64,000 nt of DNA from Thermoanaerobaculia bacterium (GTDB lineage: Bacteria; Acidobacteriota; Thermoanaerobaculia; UBA5066), in contig CAVRAY010000001.1 of the NCBI GenBank assembly GCA_963719225.1, forward strand, positions 2,784,001-2,848,000, written 5' to 3'. The notes below the pieces were generated by a model, which made no database searches, was not told the DNA's origin, and saw nothing but the letters and a program-made list of their open reading frames with translations. Shown here piece after piece: positions 9,735-18,446 of this stretch; position 1 is the stretch's first letter; each line of letters begins with the position of its first letter. Both the position numbers and the translations under genes were made by a program.

Positions 9735-9760
9735 TGATCCGGCCGCGGCCGGGATCCGTA
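9735..9760 (+). promoter_or_regulatory. Putative ECF autoregulatory promoter TGATCC-N16-CGTA
   Basis: Lies 8 nt upstream of in-frame ATG 9769; resembles promoters of SigK/SigE-ChrR type ECFs. Confidence 0.6.
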
Positions 9761-9768
9761 TTCTGCGT

Positions 9769-10434
9769 ATGGCCCGCGCCCTGCCGATGCTCGGGGAACG
9801 CCGGGCCGGGCATAATCCCGGCCTGAATGCGAGACCGTTCATGAGCGTGGTGCCGCGGCAGGACGGCGCTCGCGCACGGCATGCCGAGCTGATGCACCGG
9901 ATCGCCGCGGGAGACCCCTCCGCGCTGTCCGAGCTCTACGACCTCTCGAGCCGTTACGTCTACGGCATTTGTCTCAAGGTGCTCCGCAACCACGCGGATG
10001 CCGAGGAAGTGACCCTCGACGTCTACGCCCAGGCCTGGCGCCAGTCGGCCCGGTTCGACGCGAGCCGCGGTGAGCCGGTCGCCTGGCTTCTGATGCTCGC
10101 CCGCTCGCGTGCCATCGACCGGCTTCGCGCCCGGGGAGGCATCTCCCGGCACGAAGAGAGCTTCGACCAGGTGCGGGATTTCCCGTCCCCTCTCACGGAC
10201 CCGGAGTCGGGCACGGCGCTGGAGCAGCGCGCGTCCCACGTGCGCGCCGCGCTCGCGTGTCTCCCCGCCGAGCAGCGCGAGGTCATCGAGCTCGCGTACT
10301 TCCAGGGTCTCACGCACACGGAAATCGCCGAGAAGCTCGCGCAACCCCTCGGAACCGCGAAATCGAGGATCCGGCTCGCGCTCCATCGCTTGCGCCAGAC
10401 GCTCGGACCCAATTCGGAAGGGTGGACGTCGTGA
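9769..10434 (+). CDS. ECF RNA polymerase sigma factor (SigK-like); start may be 9841
   Basis: DAEEVTLDVY...AWLLMLARSRAIDRLR (region 2); LAYFQGLTHTEIAEKLAQPLGTAKSRIR (region 4). Confidence 0.92.
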   Translation: MARALPMLGERRAGHNPGLNARPFMSVVPRQDGARARHAELMHRIAAGDPSALSELYDLSSRYVYGICLKVLRNHADAEEVTLDVYAQAWRQSARFDASRGEPVAWLLMLARSRAIDRLRARGGISRHEESFDQVRDFPSPLTDPESGTALEQRASHVRAALACLPAEQREVIELAYFQGLTHTEIAEKLAQPLGTAKSRIRLALHRLRQTLGPNSEGWTS

Positions 10435-10937
10435 GCGACGAGACGAACGACCGCGACGCCCTCGAGCTCGGACGCGAATTCAGCGACGTCATCGAGGCGC
10501 TCGCGTTCTCCGCCGCGGCGACGCCGCCGCCGCACCTCAAGAAACGCATCCTCGAGAGGATCGCCTCCGAGGCTTCCCTGCCTCCCGGCGGACGCGCCGT
10601 GCTGCCCGGCGTCACCGCGGTGCTCGTCGCCGACACCTCGTGGATTCCGGCTCCGCTGCCCGGCCTGGACTACAAGCTCCTTCACCGGGACGATGCCCGG
10701 GGCTACACGACGCGCCTCCTGCGGTTCGCTCCCGGCTCGACGTATCCCGCGCACCGTCACGGCGCCACGGAGGAGGTCTTCATCGTCGCCGGCTCCGTGC
10801 TCCTGAACGGCGTGATGCTCCGCGCCGGCGATTATTGCCGCTCAGAGGCGGGCACCACCGAAACCGCGGCGTACAGCGCGGAAGGCGGGATCGCGATCAT
10901 CGTCTCGTCGGACACCGACGAATTCCTCAGCGCGTAA
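10431..10937 (+). CDS. Anti-sigma factor with ChrR-like cupin domain
   Basis: PPPHLKKRILERI ASD helix; PAHRHGATEEVFIVAG cupin motif; coupled to sigma. Confidence 0.82.
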   Translation: MSDETNDRDALELGREFSDVIEALAFSAAATPPPHLKKRILERIASEASLPPGGRAVLPGVTAVLVADTSWIPAPLPGLDYKLLHRDDARGYTTRLLRFAPGSTYPAHRHGATEEVFIVAGSVLLNGVMLRAGDYCRSEAGTTETAAYSAEGGIAIIVSSDTDEFLSA

Positions 10938-10961
10938 CCCGCGCCCGGAGGCTGATCGGCG

Positions 10962-11390
10962 TCACCGCCGCGTGAGAGTGAACGTTCCCGAGACGTTTCC
11001 GCAGCAGGTCGCCCCGGTGCCGGTCGCCTCTCCGCTGTAGCTCCCCGTGAGGCCGCCGGAGGGCGTCAGCGTGGCGCTGCCGCTCGCCGAGCCGCCGCAC
11101 GGCGAAAACCCGCTGAAGCCGATCGAGAAGACGAGCGTCCCGCCCGAGACCGCTCCCTGGAGGCTGCCGACGCCCGGGAATTCCGCGACGACGGTGCAGG
11201 ACGTTTGAAAGAGCGTGACGTCTTCGGTCTTCGAGAGGCCGCACGAGTCCGTGAAAACTCCCGTGTACTGGCCCGTGAGGGGAATGCAGGACGGCATCGC
11301 CGTGGGAGACGTGTCCTGGCGGCAGCCTCCGAGAGGGAGGACGCCCGCGAGGAAACCCGCACAGACGAGGCCGAGCGCCGCCCTTTTCAC
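10962..11390 (-). CDS. Hypothetical lipoprotein, Cys/Gly/Thr-rich
   Basis: Lipobox LGGC after hydrophobic stretch; several paired cysteines. Confidence 0.7.
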   Translation of the reverse strand: MKRAALGLVCAGFLAGVLPLGGCRQDTSPTAMPSCIPLTGQYTGVFTDSCGLSKTEDVTLFQTSCTVVAEFPGVGSLQGAVSGGTLVFSIGFSGFSPCGGSASGSATLTPSGGLTGSYSGEATGTGATCCGNVSGTFTLTRR

Positions 11391-12694
11391 TCTGCTCCGC
11401 GCGCCGAGGCGAGCCTCTCGACGCTTCCGACGCAGTCCTTGGCCTTATACGTGTGCCCTCCGCACGCGAGGAGAAGCGCGTCGAACGCGCGGCAGAGCGC
11501 GATGAGGCGGCTCGCGTTTCTCCTCGAGACCGGGAAATCCAGAGCGAGCGAGAAGCCGTCGGGCGCGTACCCTCGTGAAGAGCGGTCCGCCCGGTGGCGT
11601 TTGACGACCGCGAGAGAGGAGACGACTCCCATCTCGTGCTGGAGACGCAGCGCTTTTTCGAAGGCCGCCTCGGCGGCATCCCGCGGCACGAAGAGCTGGT
11701 ACTGGATGAACCCGCCCGGCCGGTAGGCCTCGTTCCAGCCGGGCAGATAGTCGAGGAGAAAGGAATACGCGACGAGCGACTGGCGATAGCGCGCCCGCCC
11801 GTGCAGGCGCGAGACGGCGTACTTTCCGAGGTTCACGAACCGCATTTGAGGTCCGGCGGCCATGAGCTTGAGAGCGAAGAGGAGGACCGGCTGCGGCATC
11901 GGCCCGATCCGGATGTCCGCGACCTGCTCCTCGACGCTCAAGCCGTTCCGCTCCCCCTGTTTCACCGCGTGCTCGTTCGCGACGTGGACGACGCTCCGGC
12001 CGAGGCCCGCGCCCCTCGGCCAGCAGTCCATCCACCCGACGACGTAATCCCAGTCTTCCTTCGCGCCGTCGAGAGCTGCGAGCGTCGCGGCGAGATCGGG
12101 CGCCACGAAGGCCTCGACGTCGAGGTAGCCGGTCGCGATCTTCTTGAGCTTCAGCGAGACCTCGACGATCGGATCGCGGAGCCGCCAGTTGCCGACGACC
12201 TCGTCGAAGTCCGGCGTCCCGCGTGCGATCGTCTCGATTCGCCCTCCGTCGCGCAGGATCGAGACGCTCTCGACGTGCTCCGAGATCGTGCCCTTCTTCC
12301 AGCCGTTCTTGCCGTGCACGTTCATGGCCACGGCGCCGCCGAGAGTGACGTGCATCGTCCCCGTCACGACGGGCGGCCAGTAGCCGCGGGGGATCGACCA
12401 TTTCCACAGGTCGCCGAGGGTGAGGCCCGCCCCGGCCCGGACGATCCCGGAGGCTTCGTCGAAGCCGGCCACCGCGTTCAGGCCTGTCATCTCCACGACG
12501 GGGCCGGCGGGGTTCGTCGAGGCGTCGCCGTACGAGCGGCCCGCGCCGCGGAAGACGGGCGTCGCCCCGCTCGCGGCACAGGCCGCGAGCGCCTCGCGAA
12601 GCGCGTCGAGCGAGCGGGGCCGGAAGACCGGGGACACGGACACGTTGTAAAGGCCGAAACCCTCCAGGCGCTCGGGGGGAGGAAGCGCGCTCAC
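11387..12694 (-). CDS. FAD-binding oxidoreductase, DprE1-like
   Basis: RGAGRSYGDA, PPVVTGT..VTLGGAVAMNVHGKN, FIQYQ, GFSLALDFP, YKAKD motifs. Confidence 0.85.
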   Translation of the reverse strand: MSALPPPERLEGFGLYNVSVSPVFRPRSLDALREALAACAASGATPVFRGAGRSYGDASTNPAGPVVEMTGLNAVAGFDEASGIVRAGAGLTLGDLWKWSIPRGYWPPVVTGTMHVTLGGAVAMNVHGKNGWKKGTISEHVESVSILRDGGRIETIARGTPDFDEVVGNWRLRDPIVEVSLKLKKIATGYLDVEAFVAPDLAATLAALDGAKEDWDYVVGWMDCWPRGAGLGRSVVHVANEHAVKQGERNGLSVEEQVADIRIGPMPQPVLLFALKLMAAGPQMRFVNLGKYAVSRLHGRARYRQSLVAYSFLLDYLPGWNEAYRPGGFIQYQLFVPRDAAEAAFEKALRLQHEMGVVSSLAVVKRHRADRSSRGYAPDGFSLALDFPVSRRNASRLIALCRAFDALLLACGGHTYKAKDCVGSVERLASARGAE

Positions 12695-13434
12695 GGCGGG
12701 CCGAACCTCTTGAACAGGAAACGGGGCACGTGCCGCATCGCCAGGCCGAGGAGAGCCCAGCGCCGGTAGACGTAGAAGACCTCGTGCTGCTTTTCGAGAC
12801 GGTCTGCGATGATCCGCGCCGCCTCCTCGGCCGGCGCGACCCAGAAAGTTCCCGCCTTCCCGGCCGTCATCCGCGTCGCGACGTAGCCGGGTTTCACGGT
12901 CGAGACGGTCACGCCGAACGGCGCGAGCCGGTTGCGAAGGCCCTCGAGGAACGTCGAGAGAGCGGCCTTCGAGGCGTTGTACGCGGGATTCCCCTTGCGG
13001 CCCCGGTCGCCCGCGATGGAGGAAATGGCCGCGATCTGCCCGCGCCCGGCGATTCGAAACCAGTTCGAGGCCAGGCCCAGCAGCCTCACGGCCGCGACCG
13101 CGTTGATCTCCATCGTCTCGGCGTCGAATCGGGGCACGCTCGTGACGCCATCGCCATTGTGCATGACCCCGGCGTTGTAGAGGAAGAGGTCGCAGTGGCC
13201 CGTCACGGCGAGGGCTTCGTGGAACGCGGGCTCGAGCCGTGCCGAATCCGCGACGTCGCAGACGACGCCGTTGACCGTCGCGATCGGGAAGCGCCGCCTG
13301 AGATCGGCGACGAGCGCTTCGAGCTTCTCCGGCGACCGCCCGAGGATCGTCACCCAGAAGCCGCGGGCGGCGTACACCTCCGCAAGGGCCTTCCCGAGGC
13401 CGTCCGTCGCGCCGACGAGGATCACCCGCTTCAC
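12691..13434 (-). CDS. SDR oxidoreductase, DprE2-like
   Basis: GATDGLG, SSIAGDRGR..N..YNASKA, KPGYV. Confidence 0.85.
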   Translation of the reverse strand: MKRVILVGATDGLGKALAEVYAARGFWVTILGRSPEKLEALVADLRRRFPIATVNGVVCDVADSARLEPAFHEALAVTGHCDLFLYNAGVMHNGDGVTSVPRFDAETMEINAVAAVRLLGLASNWFRIAGRGQIAAISSIAGDRGRKGNPAYNASKAALSTFLEGLRNRLAPFGVTVSTVKPGYVATRMTAGKAGTFWVAPAEEAARIIADRLEKQHEVFYVYRRWALLGLAMRHVPRFLFKRFGPP

Positions 13435-13474
13435 ACCCTGCTGCTCTCCCGCCGAATCTTCGCAGAGAAGGCGC

Positions 13475-14425
13475 TCACGGCCACACGCTCTCCTTCTCCT
13501 CGTGCCAGTCGCGGGTCATGTCGAGCCAGAACGCGAGGCCCGCATGCGGTCCGAAAGATGCGTAGACCCGGGCGACGCGTGCGTCCTTCACGGCGCGCCC
13601 CCGAAACCTCAGGGTCGCGACCTTCTTGCGTGACCAGGCGTCGAGGCCCAGCTTGCGGTGTCGGCCGAGGAGACGCCCCAGCGTGTCGGCGGCGTAAGGG
13701 CCAAAGCCCTTTTCCGCCCGAATCTCCTCCTCGACTTCCTCGTCGGGACGTTCCGGATCCTCCCAGCGCGTCAGCTCCAGCTTTCCGGAGGCGACGCGCC
13801 GCGCGAAGGAGGCGAGATACGGCGCCCGGTAGCCCCACTTCGCCGCCGCGAGAGTGCGCGCGGTCATTCCCGCGACGAACGGCGCGTCGGGAAACGCGCC
13901 GCCTCGATCGAAACGCTCGATCAGGTTCGTCACCATGACCTTCGTCAGGCCCCAGGTGCAGTTCGTCGTCGCGAGGACCTTCACGGCGTCCTCGAAGAGC
14001 GTCGGCGCGCGCAGGATCCGCCCCGCCCCGCGCCGCGCGACCCACGCGAAGCGGGGGTCGCCGGCGCAGAGGGAATGGAAGGAAGAAAGATCTGCTTTCA
14101 GATCGAGGACCCTCTCTAGAACGCGACCTACGGCGCGAGAAGAAATGTCCGAAGAGAGATTTTCTTTGAAAGGTGAAGAGGGCACGCCCGCCGCCGCGGC
14201 GCGACAAGATGCGCCGCCGCGCAATTCACCCTTCGAAGAAAGCGCCCGTGCCGTCGCGACCAGTCCGCTCGTGCGTTCCCCGACGATGACGCGCACGGGG
14301 CATTCTCCGACCAAGAAAATCAATCCCAGTGTCTTCTCTTTCTCGTCCCACGCGAACGGGGGCAGGTCGTACCAGCCGTGACTCCGCACGACGAGCCCCA
14401 GGTCCATCGGCGGGAGCCTGAGCAT
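13475..14425 (-). CDS. HhH-GPD DNA glycosylase (AlkA/Ogg-like)
   Basis: SHGWYDLPPF, GRILRAPTLFEDAVKVLATTNC, GYRAPY, KGFGPYAA; contains an in-frame palindromic insert at 14161-14241. Confidence 0.8.
   Translation of the reverse strand: MLRLPPMDLGLVVRSHGWYDLPPFAWDEKEKTLGLIFLVGECPVRVIVGERTSGLVATARALSSKGELRGGASCRAAAAGVPSSPFKENLSSDISSRAVGRVLERVLDLKADLSSFHSLCAGDPRFAWVARRGAGRILRAPTLFEDAVKVLATTNCTWGLTKVMVTNLIERFDRGGAFPDAPFVAGMTARTLAAAKWGYRAPYLASFARRVASGKLELTRWEDPERPDEEVEEEIRAEKGFGPYAADTLGRLLGRHRKLGLDAWSRKKVATLRFRGRAVKDARVARVYASFGPHAGLAFWLDMTRDWHEEKESVWP
14161..14241. repeat. Intragenic palindromic element with 17-bp inverted ends
   Basis: TTTCTTTGAAAGGTGAA...TTCACCCTTCGAAGAAA (15/17 complementary), 81 bp. 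Confidence 0.75.
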
Positions 14426-16872
14426 CACGGGCTCGAGCCGATGCCGGGGCCCGGCCCGTCGCCGCCGTGCACGTTGCAGCGCTCGGTGGGCGCGGTGCCC
14501 TCGAGGAAGACCTCGTTGAGGGATTTGGGGCACTCCTCCGTGACGAGCATGCCCGTCGTCGGATCGATCGAAGCCGTCACGATGCCCGGCGTGGTCGGGA
14601 ACGGCGCCTCGAAATACTGCGAGGGGAGACGCCGCACGAAGTCGGCGAAGATCGGAAGCGCCGCCGAAGAGCCCGAGAGGTTCAGGCCGCGGTTGTCGTC
14701 GAAGCCCACCCAGACGGCCACGAGAAGGCGCGGCGAGAAGCCGATGAACCAGGCGTCGCGTCCGTCGTTGGTCGTGCCCGTCTTGCCCGCGAGGATGCCC
14801 TGCGCCCCGAGGCGGCGGGCGGAGGCGCCCGTGCCGTGATCCACGACCCCCTGCAGGACGGAGTCGAGGATCGAGATCGCGTCCGCGTCCGCGCCGCGCA
14901 CGACGGGCTCGTCCTTCGTCTCGATGCGCCGGGCGTTCGGACCAACGATGCCGAGCAGCGCGTTCGGTCGCACGCGAAAACCGCCGTTCGCGAACGTGCA
15001 GTAGGCGGCCGCGATCTCCATGGGGCTCGTCTCGAACGCTCCGAGTGCGAGCGACGGGAACGGCCTCATGGGGGACGCGATGCCGGTGCGCCGCGCCGTG
15101 TCGACGATGTCCGGGAGAAGGGTTCGCCCCGGCGCGGTCTCGGTGACGGCGATGCGCACCGTCGGGATGTTGATGGACTGTTCCAGCGCCTGGCGCGCGG
15201 TCATCGGCCCCCGGAACTCGCCGTCGTAGTTCTTCGGCGACCAGGTCTCGTCCTCGCCCTTGCCCCACACGAGCGCGATGGGCGAGTCGACGAAAATCGA
15301 GGCGGGCGTGATGGGCTTCGGGAGGTCGCGCTTTCCGAATGCCGTCAGATAGACGAACGGCTTGAACAGCGAGCCCGGCTGGCGGCGGGCCTGCACGACG
15401 CGGTTGAACTGGCTGACCTGATAGTCGCGTCCCCCCACGAGCGCGCGCACGGATCCCGTCGCCGGGTCGAGCGCGATGACGGCGGCCTGGAGCGCGTCGT
15501 CCTCGCCTTTCGGCCGAAGCCGCTTGTAGCGCCTTTCGAGCTCTTCGAGTCCCTTGAGAACGGCCGCCTGCGCGGCCTGCTGCATGTCGGGGTCGAGCGT
15601 CGTGTAGACCGAAAGCCCGTCCTCCTTCACGAAGCCGGGTGCTTCCTTCACCTGGTTGAGGACGAAGTCGACGAAGTGCGGCGCGATGATGCCCGCGGGA
15701 GGACCCTTCGACCGCGTGAGAGGCGCGCCGAGCGCGGCTTCGTAGGCGGCCTTGTCGATCTTCTTCTGCTCGAGCATCCCCTTGAGGACGAGGGCGCGTC
15801 GCGCCCGGGCGTTCTCGGGATTCCGGTAAGGCGAGTACTTTCCCGGCGAGGAGATGAGACCCGCGAGCATCGCGGCTTCCGGGAGGTCCAGCCTCGAGAC
15901 GCTCTTCCCGAAGTAGAAGCGCGACGCCTCCTCGACGCCCGTGACCGAGATCGAGCCGCGCTGGCCGAGGTAGATCTCGTTCAGGTACGCCTCGAGGATC
16001 TGCTTCTTGTCGTATTTAGCCTCGAGAATGACCGCCATCAGGGCCTCGACGACCTTGCGCTTCAGCTTCCGCTCGGGCGTCAGGAACATGTTCTTCACGA
16101 GCTGCTGCGTGAGCGTGGAGGTTCCGCGAACCGCACCGCGCCGTGCCGCGCCCTGGAGGACGGCGCCCACGAGTCTTCGGAACGCGATGCCCCCATGCGT
16201 GAAGAAATCGCGGTCTTCGGTCGTGAGAATCGCGTCGAGGACCACCTGGGGGACCTGGTCGAGCGTGACGAGCGTCCGGTCCTGCATCTTCTCGTCGTAG
16301 ACGGACCCCACGACTTCCGGCTCGAACACGACGTAGGGCAGCGGAGTTCCGTCGTCCGCGCGCTTGAGCGCCGCGACCCGACGCCCCGAGAAGTCCATTT
16401 CGGCCGGCACACCGGGCGTCCGCCCCCAGGCCGTCTCCCGCGCGTTCGAGGTGACGGCGATGCGTCCCCGGACGTGCGCGTACTGCCCCGCGGCGACCGG
16501 CGGCTTCGGGACCTCGACGTAGCGCAGGCGCGAGAGCCGCCGGACCACGTCGTCGGCCGAAAGCGTGTCTCCCGGCCGGACGGCCCACACGTCCGAATAG
16601 AGGCGCGTCGGAAGCGACCACCGCCGACCGTCCATCGTGCGGGAGACGACACGGGAGAAATAGAGGACGACCACAAGGCCTGCGACGAGGAAGAGGGCGA
16701 GCGTGGCGCCCAGGAAGAAAAGTACGGGGTGCGGGACGCGGCGCAGGCGTTCGGTGAGCGCGCGCAGCGCCGGAGCCAGGCGCGCCCGGAGCGCGCGCGC
16801 GGCCTGAGCGGCCTTCTCCGAGGCCCGCGCCAGCTTCTCTTTCGCGGCGCTCCGCGCGCTCCGGAAATCCAC
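14425..16872 (-). CDS. mrcB: Penicillin-binding protein 1B (transglycosylase/transpeptidase)
   Basis: TM plus UB2H-like region; EDRDFFTH, STLTQQLVKN, YLNEIYLGQ; SLFK, SIN, KTGT. Confidence 0.88.
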   Translation of the reverse strand: MDFRSARSAAKEKLARASEKAAQAARALRARLAPALRALTERLRRVPHPVLFFLGATLALFLVAGLVVVLYFSRVVSRTMDGRRWSLPTRLYSDVWAVRPGDTLSADDVVRRLSRLRYVEVPKPPVAAGQYAHVRGRIAVTSNARETAWGRTPGVPAEMDFSGRRVAALKRADDGTPLPYVVFEPEVVGSVYDEKMQDRTLVTLDQVPQVVLDAILTTEDRDFFTHGGIAFRRLVGAVLQGAARRGAVRGTSTLTQQLVKNMFLTPERKLKRKVVEALMAVILEAKYDKKQILEAYLNEIYLGQRGSISVTGVEEASRFYFGKSVSRLDLPEAAMLAGLISSPGKYSPYRNPENARARRALVLKGMLEQKKIDKAAYEAALGAPLTRSKGPPAGIIAPHFVDFVLNQVKEAPGFVKEDGLSVYTTLDPDMQQAAQAAVLKGLEELERRYKRLRPKGEDDALQAAVIALDPATGSVRALVGGRDYQVSQFNRVVQARRQPGSLFKPFVYLTAFGKRDLPKPITPASIFVDSPIALVWGKGEDETWSPKNYDGEFRGPMTARQALEQSINIPTVRIAVTETAPGRTLLPDIVDTARRTGIASPMRPFPSLALGAFETSPMEIAAAYCTFANGGFRVRPNALLGIVGPNARRIETKDEPVVRGADADAISILDSVLQGVVDHGTGASARRLGAQGILAGKTGTTNDGRDAWFIGFSPRLLVAVWVGFDDNRGLNLSGSSAALPIFADFVRRLPSQYFEAPFPTTPGIVTASIDPTTGMLVTEECPKSLNEVFLEGTAPTERCNVHGGDGPGPGIGSSP

Positions 16873-16915
16873 GTCCGGAGTCTAGCGAAGGGCCCGGCCG
16901 ATGCTAGGATTCAGC

Positions 16916-17467
16916 GTGCGGCTGATGACGTCCCCTCTCCGCAGGGTCCTCGAAGAGCTCGACGATTGGCGCGAGCGCATTCCCCTTCCCGAGCTGAAGC
17001 GCGCCCTGGCGGACTTGACGGTCACTCTCGAGGACGTTCGTCCGTTCGTGAAGTTCGACGGCGACGGTTACCGCCGCAACCTCATGCACTCGGGGCCGGT
17101 CTATCAGGCGCTCGTCCTCTGCTGGCGGAACGGCCAGCGGAGTCCGATCCACGACCACCGCGGATCGAGCTGCGGCGTGCGCGTCCTCCACGGCACGGCG
17201 CTCGAGACCGTCTTCGAGCGCGCCCGCAACCGGATGATCTATGCCGTCCGCTCCCACGAGATGAAGCCGGGATCGATCTGCGCGACCCAGGACGACGACA
17301 TCCACCAGGTCTCGAACCTGGCGGCCGACGGCGGCGACCTCGTCACGCTCCACGTCTATTCCCCGCCCCTCCTCCAGATGGGCACGTACTCGCTCTTCGA
17401 CACGGAGGTCAAGCCTTTCTCCGAGCCCGTGTACGAGGAAGCGCTCGTGGACGGCGGGGGGATCTAG
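16916..17467 (+). CDS. Cysteine dioxygenase type I family
   Basis: YRRN...LCWRNGQRSPIHDH...IHQVSN...TLHVYSPP 3-His cupin motifs. Confidence 0.88.
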   Translation: MRLMTSPLRRVLEELDDWRERIPLPELKRALADLTVTLEDVRPFVKFDGDGYRRNLMHSGPVYQALVLCWRNGQRSPIHDHRGSSCGVRVLHGTALETVFERARNRMIYAVRSHEMKPGSICATQDDDIHQVSNLAADGGDLVTLHVYSPPLLQMGTYSLFDTEVKPFSEPVYEEALVDGGGI

Positions 17468-17481
17468 TACCCCGCACGGGC

Positions 17482-18423
17482 TCAGGAGATCCAGCCGGCT
17501 TTCAGCGCCGCGAGCGTCGCCGAGGCCGCGAGGACCCAGAGAGCCACGCCGAGGGCGACGGGCTTCAGACCCACGCGCCTCAAGGCATCCCGCGTCAGAG
17601 ACGTCCCGATCAGGAAGAGCGTCACGACGAGGACCCGCTTTGCGCCCGCGGCGACGGCGACGCCGGCAGGGCGCAGCGCGGGCACTCCCGTGGCGAGAGC
17701 CGCGACGGCCACGAAGCCGACGAGAAACCAGGGCGGCGCCGTGACGGATTTCCCGCGCTCGCCCGTTCGGCGCGCCCGCGCCCATCCGATGACGAGCGCG
17801 ACCGGCACGATCCACAGCGCGCGTGCGAGCTTCACGGTCGTGGCCACCTCCACGGCCTTCGGCCCGTAGGCCGCGGCCGCGCCGACGACCGAGCTCGTAT
17901 CGTGGATCGCCAGCGCCGCGAACAGGCCGAATCTCGCCTCGTCGAGCCCGGCGAACCGCCCGAGCGGCGGGAACACGACGAGCGCGACGGCGTTGAGGAG
18001 GAAGACCGTCGCGAGCGCGACCGAGATGGACTCGGCTTTCGCCTTGATCGCCGGCGCCACGGCCGCGATCGCGCTGCCTCCGCAGATCGCGGTCCCCGTC
18101 GTCACGAGGAGCGCCGTGTCCTCCTCGACGCCGAAAAGGCGCGCGAGGAGGAGCCCGGCGCAGAACGTCAGCCCGATCCCGACGGCCGTGTATCCGATTC
18201 CCCGCGCTCCCACCCGCCCCACGACGCCGAGATCGGCGGCCCCTCCGAGCCCCATGACCGACAGACCGAGCAGCAGATGCGCGAGCCTTCGCGTCCCCGA
18301 AAGCCACGGGTTCCCGGCGCCGAGCGCGACGAGGATCCCCGACACGAGCGCGGCCGCTGGCGGGACGAACGGCAGGGCCGCGAGAACCGCGAGCAGCGGC
18401 ACGAGGATGTGTCCGGGCGTCAA
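17482..18423 (-). CDS. YeiH / putative sulfate exporter (PSE) family membrane protein
   Basis: GTAICGGSAIAAVAP, IHDTSSVVGAA, ATTVKLARALW. Confidence 0.9.
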   Translation of the reverse strand: MTPGHILVPLLAVLAALPFVPPAAALVSGILVALGAGNPWLSGTRRLAHLLLGLSVMGLGGAADLGVVGRVGARGIGYTAVGIGLTFCAGLLLARLFGVEEDTALLVTTGTAICGGSAIAAVAPAIKAKAESISVALATVFLLNAVALVVFPPLGRFAGLDEARFGLFAALAIHDTSSVVGAAAAYGPKAVEVATTVKLARALWIVPVALVIGWARARRTGERGKSVTAPPWFLVGFVAVAALATGVPALRPAGVAVAAGAKRVLVVTLFLIGTSLTRDALRRVGLKPVALGVALWVLAASATLAALKAGWIS

Positions 18424-18430
18424 GGGCCCG

Positions 18431-18440
18431 AGTGTAGGCT
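18431..18440. promoter_or_regulatory. Bidirectional overlapping -10 elements (TACACT minus, TAGGCT plus)
   Basis: AGTGTAGGCT; each -10 lies 6-7 nt from a divergent start codon. Confidence 0.55.
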
Positions 18441-18446
18441 AGCGGC

